A stretch of DNA of 64,000 nucleotides from NCBI GenBank assembly GCA_043228905.1, contig JBHGNT010000010.1, positions 558,001 through 622,000 on the forward strand. Reading direction: 5' to 3'. Source of the DNA: Azolla caroliniana. Its lineage: Eukaryota; Plantae; Polypodiophyta. Positions 39,650 through 52,350 of this stretch are shown here, one piece after another. The translations under genes and the position numbers were made by a program. The notes beneath the pieces are model-generated. The model made no database searches and was not told the DNA's origin. It saw only the letters and a program-made list of their open reading frames with translations. The first letter of the stretch is position 1. Every line of letters begins with the position of its first letter.

Positions 39650-40730
39650 TCCCTCTTCTAACTTGCCAATTTCTTCATGTCTCTCGAACTGAGTTTCAAA
39701 ATGTTGATTTTTTTATTCTATATCATAGCTAATGTTGTTAGCTTCGATTTGGCATCTTTGAACACAAAAATCCGGGATCACACGAGCCAGGCATGAACAT
39801 TTTAATTTACTCACGGGCTCTTCTCAACTCCCTCTTCTAACTTACCAATTTCTTCATGTCTCTCGACCTGAGTTTCAAAATCTCGATTTTTTAATTCTAT
39901 ATTATAGGTAGTGTTGTTAACATCGATTCGCATGTTTGAACACTAATATCGGATATCACATGGGCAAGGGATGAAAATTTTAATTTACTCACCGGCTCTT
40001 CTCAACTCCCTCCTCAAATTTCGTAATTTCTGCATGTTTGTCGATCTGAGTTTCAAACTCTCAATTTTTTATGTCCATATTATAGGTAGGTTTGTTACCT
40101 TCGATTCGCATCTTTGAACACTAAAATCCGATATCACACGGGCCAGGTATGAACATTTTAATTTACTCTTGGGCTCTTCTCAACTCCCTCTTCTAACTTG
40201 CCAATTTCTTCATGTCTCTCGAACTGAGTTTCAAAATGTTGATTTTTTTATTCTATATCATAGCTAATGTTGTTAGCTTCGATTTGGCATCTTTGAACAC
40301 AAAAATCCGGGATCACACGAGCCAGGCATGAACATTTTAATTTACTCACGGGCTCTTCTCAACTCCCTCTTCTAACTTACCAATTTCTTCATGTCTCTCG
40401 ACCTGAGTTTCAAAATCTCGATTTTTTAATTCTATATTATAGGTAGCGTTGTTAACATCGATTCGCATGTTTGAACACTAATATCGGATATCACATGGGC
40501 AAGGGATGAAAATTTTAATTTAATCACCGGCTCTTCTCAACTCCCTCCTCAAATTTCGTAATTTCTGCATGTTTGTCGATCTGAGTTTCAAACTCTCAAT
40601 TTTTTATATCCATATTATACGTAGCTTTGTTACCTTCGATTCGCATCTTTGAACACTAAAATCCGATATCACACGGGCCAGGTATGAACATTTTAATTTA
40701 CTCTTGGGCTCTTCTCAACTCCCTCTTCTA
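39650..40730. repeat. 3-monomer (535 bp) tandem duplication of unusually variant-rich monomers
   Basis: cactaatatcggatatcacatgggcaaggg occurs at 39941 and 40476. tttgtcgatctg and tactcttggg are also repeated. Confidence 0.9.
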
Positions 40731-42419
40731 ACTAGCCAATTTCTTCATGTCTCTCGACCTGAGTTTCAAAATCTCGATTTTTTTATTCTATATCATACCT
40801 AGTGTTGTTAGCTTCGATTCGCATCTTTGAACACTAAAATCCGATATCACACGGGCCAGGTATGAACATTTTAATTTACTCACGGGCTCTTCTCAACTCC
40901 CTCTTCTAACTTGCCAATTTCTTCATGTCTCTCGACCTGAGTTTCAAATTCTCGATTTTTTAATTCCATATCATAGGTAGCATTGTTAGCTTCGAATCGC
41001 ATGTTTGAACTGAAAAATCCGATATCACATGGGCCAGGAATGAACATTTTAATTTACTCATGGGCTCTTCTAAAATCCCTGTTCTAACTTGCCAATTTCT
41101 TCATGTCCCTCGACCTGAGTTTCAAAATCTTGATTTTTTTATTCTATATCATAGCTAGTGTTTTTAGCTTCGATTCGCATCTTTGAACACAAAAATCCGG
41201 GATCACACGAGCAAGGCATGAACATTTTAATTTACTCACGGGCTCCTGTCAACTCCCTCTTCTAACTTACCAATTTCTTCATGTGTCTCGACCTGAGTTT
41301 CAAAATCTTGATTTTTTAATTCTATATCATAGCTACTGTTTTTAGCTTCGATTCGCATCTTTGAACACAAAAATCTGGGATCACACGAGCCAGGTATGAA
41401 CATTTTAATTTACTCACGGGCTCTTCTCAACTCCCTCTTCTAACTTGCCAATTTCTTCATGTCTCTCGAACTGAGTTTCAAAATCTCGATTTTTTTATTC
41501 TATATCATAGCTAATGTTGTTAGCTTTGAATCGCATCTTTGAACACACGAACCAGGTTTTAACATTTTAATTTACTCACGCGCTCTTCTCAACTCCCTCT
41601 TCAAATTTGGTAATTTTTTCCTGTCTCTCGAACTGAGTTTTAATATCACGATTTCTTAATTCCATATTATAGGTAGCATTGTTAGCTTCGATTCGCATCT
41701 TTGAACACTAAAATCCGATATCACACGAGCCAGGTATGAACATTTTAATTTACTCACGCGCTCTTCTCAACTCCCTCCTCAAATTTGGTAATTTCTTCAT
41801 GTCTCTCGACCTGAGTTTTAAAATTTTGAATTTTGAATTCCATATCACAGGCAGTGTTGTTAGCTTCGAATCCCATGTTTGAACACAAAAATCCGATATC
41901 ACACGAGCCAGGTATGAACATTTTAATTTACTCACGCGCTCTTCTCAACTCCCTCTTCAAACTTGCCAATTTCTTCATGTCTCTCGAACTGAGTTTCAAA
42001 ATCTTGATTTTTTTATTCTATATCATAGCTAATGTTGTTAGCTTCAATTTGGCATCTTTGAACACAAAAATCCGGGATCACACGAGCCAGGTATGAACAT
42101 TTTAATTTACTCACGGGTTCTTCTCAACTCCCTCTTCAAATTTGGTAATTTCTTCCTGTCTCTCGACCTGAGTTTCAAAATCTCGATTTCTTAATTCCAT
42201 ATCATAGGTAGTGTTGTTAGCTTCGATTCGCATCTTTGAACTCAAAAATCCGGGATCACACGAACCAGGTATGAACATTTTAGTTTACTCACGCGCTCTT
42301 CTCAACTCCCTCTTCAAATTTGGTAAATTCTTCATGTCTCTCGACCTGAGTTTCAAAATTTCTATTTCTTAATTCCATATTATAGGTAGCATTGTTAGCT
42401 TCGAATCGAATCTTTGAAC

Positions 42420-45400
42420 ACAAAAATCCAATATCACACGAGCCAGGTATGAACATTTTAATTTACTCACGCGCTCTTCTCAACTCCCTCTTCAAATTTG
42501 GTAATTTCTTCATGTCTCTCGACCTGAGTTTCAAAATCTCGATTTTTTAATTCCATAGTATAGGTAGTGTTGTTAGCTTCGATTCGCATCTTTGAACACA
42601 GAAGTCGGGGATCACACGAGCCAGGTATGAACATTTTAATTTCTTCATGTCTCTCGACCTGAGTTTAAAATCTCGATTTTTTAATTCCATATCATAGGTA
42701 GCATTGTTAGCTTCGAATCGCATGTTTGAACAGAAAAATCCGATATCACATGGGCCAGGAATGAACATTTTAATTTACTCACGGGCTCTTCTCAACTCCC
42801 TGTTCTAACTTGCCAATTTCTTCATGTCTCTCGAACTGAGTTTCAAAATCTTGATTTTTTTATTCTATATCATAGCTAGTGTTGTTAGCTTCGATTTGGT
42901 ATCTTTGAACACAAAAATCGGGTATCACACGAGCCAGGTATGAACATTTTAATTTACTCACGGGCTCTTCTCAACTCCCTCTTCAAATTTGGTAATTTCA
43001 TCATGTCTCTCGACCTGAGTTTCAAAATCTTGATTTTTTGATTCTATATCATAGCTAGTGTTGTTAGCTTCGATTCGCATCTTTGAACACAAAAATTCGG
43101 AATCACACGAGCCAGGTATGAACATTTTAATTTACTCACGCGCTTTTCTCAACTCCCTCCTCAAATTTGGTAAATTTCTTCATGTCTCTCGACCTGAGTT
43201 TCAAAATCTTGATTTTTTAATTCTATATCATAGCTAGCATTGTTAGCTTCGATTCGCATCTTTGAACACAAAAATCCGGGATCACACGAACCATGTATGA
43301 ACATTTTAATTTACTCACGGGCTCTTCTCAACTCCCTCTTCTAACTTGCCAATTTCTTCATGTCTCTTGACCTGAGTTTCAAAATCTTGGTTTTTTAATT
43401 CCATATCATAGGTAGCGTTGTTATCTTCGAATGGCATGTTTGAACACAGAAAACCAATATCACATGGGCCCGGTATGAACATTTTAATTTACTCACGCGC
43501 TCTTCGCAACTTCCTCTTCAAATTTCGTAATTTCTTCCTGTCTCTCGACCTGAGTTTCAAAATCTCGATTTCTTAAATCCATATTATAGGTAGCGTTGTT
43601 AGCTTCGATTCGCATCTTTGAACACTAAAATCCGATATCACACGAGCCAGGTATGAACATTTTAATTTTGTCACGCGCTCTTCTCAACGCCCTCCTCAAA
43701 TTTGGTAATTTCTGCATGTTTGTCGACCTGAGTTTCAAAATCTCAATTTTTTAATTCCATATTATGGGTAGCTTTGTTACCTTCGATTCGCATCTTTGAA
43801 CACTAAAATCCGGGATCACACGAGCAAGGCATGAACATTTTAATTTACTCACTGGCTCTTCTCAACTCCCTCTTCTAACTTACCAATTTCTTCATGTGTC
43901 TCGACCTGAGTTTCAAAATGTTGATTTTTTAATTCTATATCATAGCGACTGTTTTTAGCTTCGATTCGCATCTTTGAACACAAAAATCCGGGATCACACG
44001 AGCCAGGTATGAACATTTTCATTTACTCACGCGTTCTTCTCAACTCCCTCCTCAAATTTGGTAATTTCTTCATGTCTCTCGACCTGAGTTTTAAAATGTT
44101 GAATTTTGAATTCCATATCACAGGCAGTGTTGTTAGCTTCGAATCCCATGTTTGGACACAAAAATCCGATATCACACGAGCCAGGTATGAACATTTTAAT
44201 TTACTCACGCACTCTTCTCAACTCCCTCTTCTAACTTGCCAATTTCTTCGTGTCTCTCGAACTGAGTTTAAAAATCTTGATTTTTTTATTCTATATCATA
44301 GCTAATGTTGTTAGCTTCGATTTGGCATCTTTGAACACAAAAATCCGGGATCACACGAGCCAGGCATGAACATTTTAATTTACTCACGGGTTCTTCTCAA
44401 CTCCCTCTTCTAACTTGCCAATTTCTTCATGTCTCTCGACCTGAGTTTCAAAATCTTGATTTTTTCATTCCATATTATATGTAGCGTTGTTAGCTTCGAA
44501 TCGCATCTTTGAACACAAAAATCCAATTTCACACGAGCCAGGTATGAACATTTTAATTTACTCACGCGCTCTTCTCAACTCCCTCTTCTAACTTGCCAAT
44601 TTTTTCATGTCTCTTGACCTGAGTTTCAAAATCTTGGTTTTTTAATTCCATATCATAGGTAGCGTTGTTATCTTCGAATGGCATGTTTGAACACAGAAAA
44701 CCAATATCACATGGGCCCGGTATGAACATTTTAATTTACTCACGGGCTCTTCGCAACTTCCTCTTCAAATTTCGTAATTTCTTCCTGTCTCTCGACCTGA
44801 GTTTCAAAATCTTGATTTCTTAATTCCATATTATAGGTAGCGTTGTTAGCTTCGATTCGCATCTTTGAACACTAAAATCCGATATCACACGAGCCAGGTA
44901 TGAACATTGTAATTTAGTCACGCGCTCTTCTCAACTCCCTCCTCAAATTTGGTAATTTCTGCATGTTTCTCGACCTGAGTTTCAAAATCTCAATTTTTTA
45001 AGTCGAGACTATAGGTAGCTTTGTTACCTTCGATTCGCATCTTTGAACACTAAAATCCGATATCACACGGGCCAGGTATGAACATTTTAATTTACTCACG
45101 GGCTCTTCTCAACTCCCTCTTCTAACTTGCCAATTTCTTCATGTCTCTCGACCTGAGTTTCAAAATGTTGATTTTTTAATTCTATATCATAGCGACTGTT
45201 TTTAGCTTCGATTCGCATCTTTGAACACAAAAATCCGGGATCACACGAGCCAGGTATGAACATTTTAATTTACTCACGCGCTCTTCTCAACTCCCTCCTC
45301 AAATTTGGTAATTTCTTCATGTCTCTCGACCTGAGTTTTAAAATGTTGAATTTTGAATTCCATATCACAGGCAGTGTTGTTAGCTTCGAATCCCATGTTT

Positions 45401-47700
45401 GGACACAAAAATCCGATATCACACGAGCCAGGTATGAACATTTTAATTTACTCACGCACTCTTCTCAACTCCCTCTTCTAACTTGCCAATTTCTTCGTGT
45501 CTCTCGAACTGAGTTTAAAAATCTTGATTTTTTTATTCTATATCATAGCTAATGTTGTTAGCTTCGATTTGGCATCTTTGAACACAAAAATCCGGGATCA
45601 CACGAGCCAGGCATGAACATTTTAATTTACTCACGGGTTCTTCTCAACTCCCTCTTCTAACTTGCCAATTTCTTCATGTCTCTCGACCTGAGTTTCAAAA
45701 TCTTGATTTTTTCATTCCATATTATATGTAGCGTTGTTAGCTTCGAATCGCATCTTTGAACACAAAAATCCAATTTCACACGAGCCAGGTATGAACATTT
45801 TAATTTACTCACGCGCTCTTCTCAACTCCCTCTTCAAATTTGGTAATTTCTTCATGTCTCTCGACCTGAGTTTCAAAATCTCGATTTTTTAATTCCATAG
45901 TATAGGTAGTGTTGTTAGCTTCGATTCGCATCTTTGAACACAGAAGTCCGGGATCACACGAGCCAGGTATGAACATTTTAATTTCTTCATGTCTCTCGAC
46001 CTGAGTTTAAAATCTCGATTTTTTAATTCCATATCATAGGTAGCATGGTTAGCTTCGAATCGCATGTTTGAACAGAAAAATCCGATATCACATGGGCCAG
46101 GAATGAACATTTTAATTTACTCACGGGCTCTTCTCAACTCCCTGTTCTAACTTGCCAATTTTTTCATGTTTCTCGAACTGAGTTTCAAAATCTTGATTTT
46201 TTTATTCTATATCATAGCTAGTGTTGTTAGCTTCGATTTGGTATCTTTGAACACAAAAATCGGGTATCACACGAGCCAGGTATGAACATTTTAATTTACT
46301 CACGGGCTCTTCTCAACTCCCTCTTCAAATTTGGTAATTTCATCATGTCTCTCGACCTGAGTTTCAAAATCTTGATTTTTTGATTCTGTATCATAGCTAG
46401 TGTTGTTAGCTTCGATTCGCATCTTTGAACACAAAAATTCGGAATCACACGAGCCAGGTATGAACATTTTAATTTACTCACGCGCTTTTCTCAACTCCCT
46501 CCTCAAATTTGGTAATTTCTTCATGTCTCTCGACCTGAGTTTCAAAATCTTGATTTTTTAATTCTATATCATAGCTAGCATTGTTAGCTTCGATTCGCAT
46601 CTTTGAACACAAAAATCCGGGATCACACGAACCATGTATGAACATTTTAATTTACTCACGGGCTCTTCTCAACTCCCTCTTCTAACTTGCCAATTTCTTC
46701 ATGTCTCTTGACCTGAGTTTCAAAATCTTGGTTTTTTAATTCCATATCATAGGTAGCGTTGTTATCTTCGAATGGCATGTTTGAACACAGAAAACCAATA
46801 TCACATGGGCCCGGTATGAACATTTTAATTTACTCACGCGCTCTTCGCAACTTCCTCTTCAAATTTCGTAATTTCTTCCTGTCTCTCGACCTGAGTTTCA
46901 AAATCTTGATTTCTTAATTCCATATTATAGGTAGCGTTGTTAGCTTCGATTCGCATCTTTGAACACTAAAATCCGATATCACACGAGCCAGGTATGAACA
47001 TTTTAATTTTGTCACGCGCTCTTCTCAACGCCCTCCTCAAATTTGGTAATTTCTGCATGTTTGTCGACCTGAGTTTCAAAATCTCAATTTTTTAATTCCA
47101 TATTATGGGTAGCTTTGTTACCTTCGATTCGCATCTTTGAACACTAAAATCCGGGATCACACGAGCAAGGCATGAACATTTTAATTTACTCACTGGCTCT
47201 TCTCAACTCCCTCTTCTAACTTAACAATTTCTTCATGTGTCTCGACCTGACTTTCAAAATGTTGATTTTTTAATTCTATATCATAGCGACTGTTTTTAGC
47301 TTCGATTCGCATCTTTGAACACAAAAATCCGGGATCACACGAGCCAGGTATGAACATTTTAATTTACTCACGCGCTCTTCTCAACTCCTCCTCAAATTTG
47401 GTAATTTCTTCATGTCTCTCGACCTGAGTTTTAAAATGTTGAATTTTGAATTCCATATCACAGGCAGTGTTGTTAGCTTCGAATCCCATGTTTGAACACA
47501 AAAATCCGATATCACACGAGCCAGGTATGAACATTTTAATTTACTCACGCACTCTTCTCAACTCCCTCTTCTAACTTGCCAATTTCTTCGTGTCTCTCGA
47601 ACTGACTTTAAAAATCTTGATTTTTTTATTCTATATCATAGCTAATGTTGTTAGCTTCGATTTGGCATCTTTGAACACAAAAATCCGGGATCACACGAGC
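42420..47700. repeat. Block duplication with ~3342-bp offset containing a nested 7-monomer (1247 bp) offset duplication
   Basis: The 134-bp deletion monomer occurs at 42614 and 45956. Near-identical ORF-track peptides lie at 42547/45889 (offset 3342) and 44009/45256 (offset 1247). Confidence 0.88.
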
Positions 47701-48099
47701 CAGGTATAAACATTTTAATTTACTCCCGGGCTCCTCTCAACTCCCTCTTCAAATTTCGTAATCTCTTCATGTCTCTCGACCTGAGTTTCAAAATCTCGGT
47801 TTTTTAATTCCATATCATAGGTAGCGTTGTTATCTTCGAATGACATGTTTGAACACAAAAATCCAGGATCACACGAACCATGTATGAACATTTTAATTTA
47901 CTCACGCGCTCTTCTCAACTCCCTCCTCAAATTTGGTAATTTCTGCATTACTCTCGACCTGAGTTTCAAAATCTCGATTTCTTAATTCCATATTATAGGT
48001 AGCGTTGTAAGCTTCGAATCGCATCTTTGAACACAAAAATCCAATATCACACGAGCCAGGTATGAACATTTTAATTTACTCACGCGCTCTTCTCAACTC

Positions 48100-51000
48100 C
48101 CTCTTCAAATTTGGTAATTTCTTCCTGTCTCTCGACCTGAGTTTCAAAATCTCGATTTCTTAATTCCATATTATAGGTAGCTTTGTTACCTTCGATTCGC
48201 ATCTTTGAACACTAAAATCCGATATCGCACGAGCCAGGTATGAACATTGTAATTTAGTCACGCGCTCTTCTCAACTCCCTCCTCAAATTTGGTAATTTCT
48301 GCATGTTTCTCGACCTGAGTTTCAAAATCTCAATTTTTTAAGTCGAGACTATAGGTAGCTTTGTTACCTTCGATTCGCATCTTTGAACACTAAAATCCGA
48401 TATCACACGGGCCAGGTATGAACATTTTAATTTACTCACGGGCTCTTCTCAACTCCCTCTTCTAACTTGCCAATTTCTTCATGTCTCTCGACCTGAGTTT
48501 CAAAATCTTGATTTTTTTATTCTATATCATAGCTAGTGTTGTTAGCTTCGATTCGCATCTTTGAATACAAAAATCCGGGATCACACGAGCCAGGCATGAA
48601 CATTTTAATTTACTCACGGGCTCTTCTCAACTCCCTCTTCTAACTTACCAATTTCTTCATGTCTCTCGACCTGAGTTTCAAAATCTCGATTTTTTAATTC
48701 TATATTATAGGTAGCGTTGTTAACATCGATTCGCATGTTTGAACACTAAAATCCGGGATCACACGAGCTAGGTGTGAAAATTTTAATTTACTCACCGGCT
48801 CTTCTAAACTCCCTCCTCAAATTTGGTAATTTCTTCATGTCTCTCGACCTAAGTTTCAAAATCTTGATTTTTTTATTCTATATCATAGCTAGTGTTGTTA
48901 GCTTCGATTTGGTGTCTTTGAACACAAAAATCCGGGATCACACGAGGCAGGTATGAACATTTTAATTTACTCACGGGCTCTTCTCAACTCCCTCTTCAAA
49001 TTTGGTAATTTCATCATGTCTCTCGACCTGAGTTTCAAAATCTTGATTTTTTGATTCTATATCATAGCTAGTGTTGTTAGCTTCGATTCGCATCTTTGAA
49101 CACAAAAATTCGGAATCACACGAGCCAGGTATGAACATTTTAATTTACTCACGCGCTTTTCTCAACTCCGTCCTCAAATTTGGTAATTTCTTCATGTCTC
49201 TCGACCTGAGTTTCAAAATCTTGATTTTTTAATTCTATATCATAGCTAGCATTGTTAGCTTCGATACGCATCTTTGAACACAAAAATCCGGGATCACACG
49301 AACCATGTATGAACATTTTAATTTACTCACGGGCTCTTCTCAACTCCCTCTTCTAACTTGCCAATTTCTTCATGTCTCTTGACCTGAGTTTCAAAATCTT
49401 GGTTTTTTAATTCCATATCATAGGTAGCGTTGTTATCTTCGAATGGCATGTTTGAACACAAAAAACCAATATCACATGGGCCAGGTATGAACATTTTAAT
49501 TTACTCACGCGCTCTTCGCAACTCCCTCTTCAAATTTCGTAATTTCTTCCTGTCTCTTGACCTGAGTTTCAAAATCTCGATTTCTTAATTCCATATTATA
49601 GGTAGCGTTGTTAGCTTCAATTCGCATCCTTGAACACTAAAATCCGATATCACACGAGGCAGGTATGAACATTGTAATTTAGTCACGCGCTCTTCTCAAC
49701 TCCCTCCTCAAATTTGGTAATTTCTGCATGTTTCTCGACCTGATTTTCAAAATCTCAATTTTTTAATTCCATATTATAGGTAGCTTTGTTACCTTCGATT
49801 CGCATCTTTGAACACTAAAATCCGATATCACACGGGCCAGGTATGAACATTTTAATTTACTCACGGGCTCTTCTCAACTCCCTCTTCTAACTTTCCAATT
49901 TCTTCATGTCTCTCGACCTGAGTTTCAAAATCTTGATTTTTTTATTCTATATCATAGCTAGTGTTGTTAGCTTCGATTCGCATCTTTGAATACAAAAATC
50001 CGGGATCACACGAGCCAGGCATGAACATTTTAATTTACTCACGGGCTCTTCTCAACTCCCTCTTCTAACTTACCAATTTCTTCATGTCTCTCGACCTGAG
50101 TTTCAAAATCTCGATTTTGTAATTCTATATTATAGGTAGCGTTGTTAACATCGATTCGCATGTTTGAACACTAAAATCCGGGATCACACGAGCTAGGTAT
50201 GAAAATTTTAATTTACTCACCGGCTCTTCTCAACTCCCTCTTCTAACTTGTCAATTTCTTCATGTCTCTCGAACTGAGTTTCAAAATCTCGATTTTTTTA
50301 TTCTATATCATAGCTAATGTTGTTAGCTTTGAATCGCATCTTTGAACACAAAAATCCAATATCACACGAACCAGGTTTTAACATTTTAATTTACTCACGC
50401 GCTCTTCTCAACTCCCTCTTCAAATTTGGTAATTTCTTCCTGTCTCTCGACCTGAGTTTTAATATCTCGATTTCTTAATTCCATATTATAGGTAGCATTG
50501 TTAGCTTCGATTCGCATCTTTGAACACAAAAATTCGGAATCACACGAGCCAGGTATGAACATTTTAATTTACTCACGCGCTTTTCTCAACTCCCTCCTCA
50601 AATTTGGTAATTTCTTCATGTCTCTCGACCTGAGTTTCAAAATCTTGATTTTTTAATTCTATATCATAGCTAGCATTGTTAGCTTCGATTTGCATCTTTG
50701 AATACAAAAATCCGGGATCACACGAACCATGTATGAACATTTTAATTTACTCACGGGCTCTTCTCAACTCCCTCTTCTAACTTGCCAATTTCTTCATGTC
50801 TCTTGACCTGAGTTTCAAAATCTTGGTTTTTTAATTCCATATCATAGGTAGCGTTGTTATCTTCGAATGGCATGTTTGAACACAAAAAACCAATATCACA
50901 TGGGCCAGGTATGAACATTTTATTTTACTCACCGGCTCTTCTCAACTCCCTCCTCAAATTTGGTAATTTCTTCATGTCTCTCGACCTGAGTTTCAAAATC

Positions 51001-51575
51001 TCGATTTCTTAATTCCATATTATAGGTAGCGTTGTTAGCTTCGATTCGCATCCTTGAACACTAAAATCCGATATCACACGAGCCAGGTATGAACATTCTA
51101 ATTTTGTCACGCGCTCTTCTCAACTCCCTCCTCAAATTTGGTAATTTCTGCATGTTTCTCGACCTGAGTTTCAAAATCTCAATTTTTTAAGTCGAGACTA
51201 TAGGTAGCTTTGTTACCTTCGATTCGCATCTTTGAACACTAAAATCCAATATCACACGGGCCAGGTATGAACATTTTAATTTACTCACGGGCTCTTCTCA
51301 ACTCCCTCTTCTAACTTGCCAATTTCTTCATGTCTCTCGACCTGAGTTTCAAAATCTTGATTTTTTTATTCTATATCATAGCTAGTGTTGTTAGCTTCGA
51401 TTCGCATCTTTGAATACAAAAATCCGGGATCACACGAGCCAGGCATGAACATTTTAATTTACTCACGGGCTCTTCTCAACTCCCTCTTCTAACTTACCAA
51501 TTTCTTCATGTCTCTCGACCTGAGTTTCAAAATCTCGATTTTTTAATTCTATATTATAGGTAGCGTTGTTAACAT
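48100..51575. repeat. Imperfect 8-monomer periodicity (1424/1425 bp), ~2.4 units
   Basis: gaatacaaaa occurs at 48563, 49988 and 51412. cggaatc occurs at 49111 and 50535. Confidence 0.82.
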
Positions 51576-51579
51576 TTTA

Positions 51580-52350
51580 ATTTAGTCACGCGCTCTTCTC
51601 AACTCCCTCCTCAAATTTGGTAATTTCTTCATGTCTCTCGACCTGAGTTTCAAAATCTTGATTTTTTAATTCGATATTATAGCTAGTGTTGTTAGCTTCG
51701 ATTCGCATGTTTTAACACAAAAATCAGGGATCACACGAGCTAGGTATGAACATTTTAATTTACTCACACGCTCTTCTCAACTCCCTCTTCAAATTTGGTA
51801 ATTTCTTCATGTCTCTCGACCTGAGTTTCAAAATCTTGGTTTTTTAATTCCATTTTATAGGTAGCGTTGGTAGCTCAGATTTGCATCTTTGAACACTAAA
51901 ATCCGATATCACATGGGCCAGGTATGAACATTTTAATTTACTCACGGGCTCTTCTCCACTCCCTCTTCAAATTTGGTAATTTCTTCCTGTCTCTCGACCT
52001 GAGTTTCAAAATCTCAATTTCTTAATTCCATATTATAGGTAGGGTTGTTAGCTTCGATTCGCATCTTTGAACACTAAAATCAGATATCACACGAGCCAGG
52101 TATGAACATTTTAATTTAGTCACGCGCTCTTCTCAACTCCCTCCTCAAATTTGGTAATTTCTTCATGTCTCTCGACCTGAGTTTCAAAATCTTGATTTTT
52201 TAATTCGATATTATAGCTAGTGTTGTTAGCTTCGATTCGCATGTTTTAACACAAAAATCAGGGATCACACGAGCTAGGTATGAACATTTTAATTTACTCA
52301 CACGCTCTTCTCAACTCCCTCTTCAAATTTGGTAATTTCTTCATGTCTCT
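51580..52350. repeat. Partial 3-monomer (534 bp offset) duplication
   Basis: tcgatattatagctagtg occurs at 51671 and 52205. gagctagg and tcacacgctc are shared. Confidence 0.82.
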
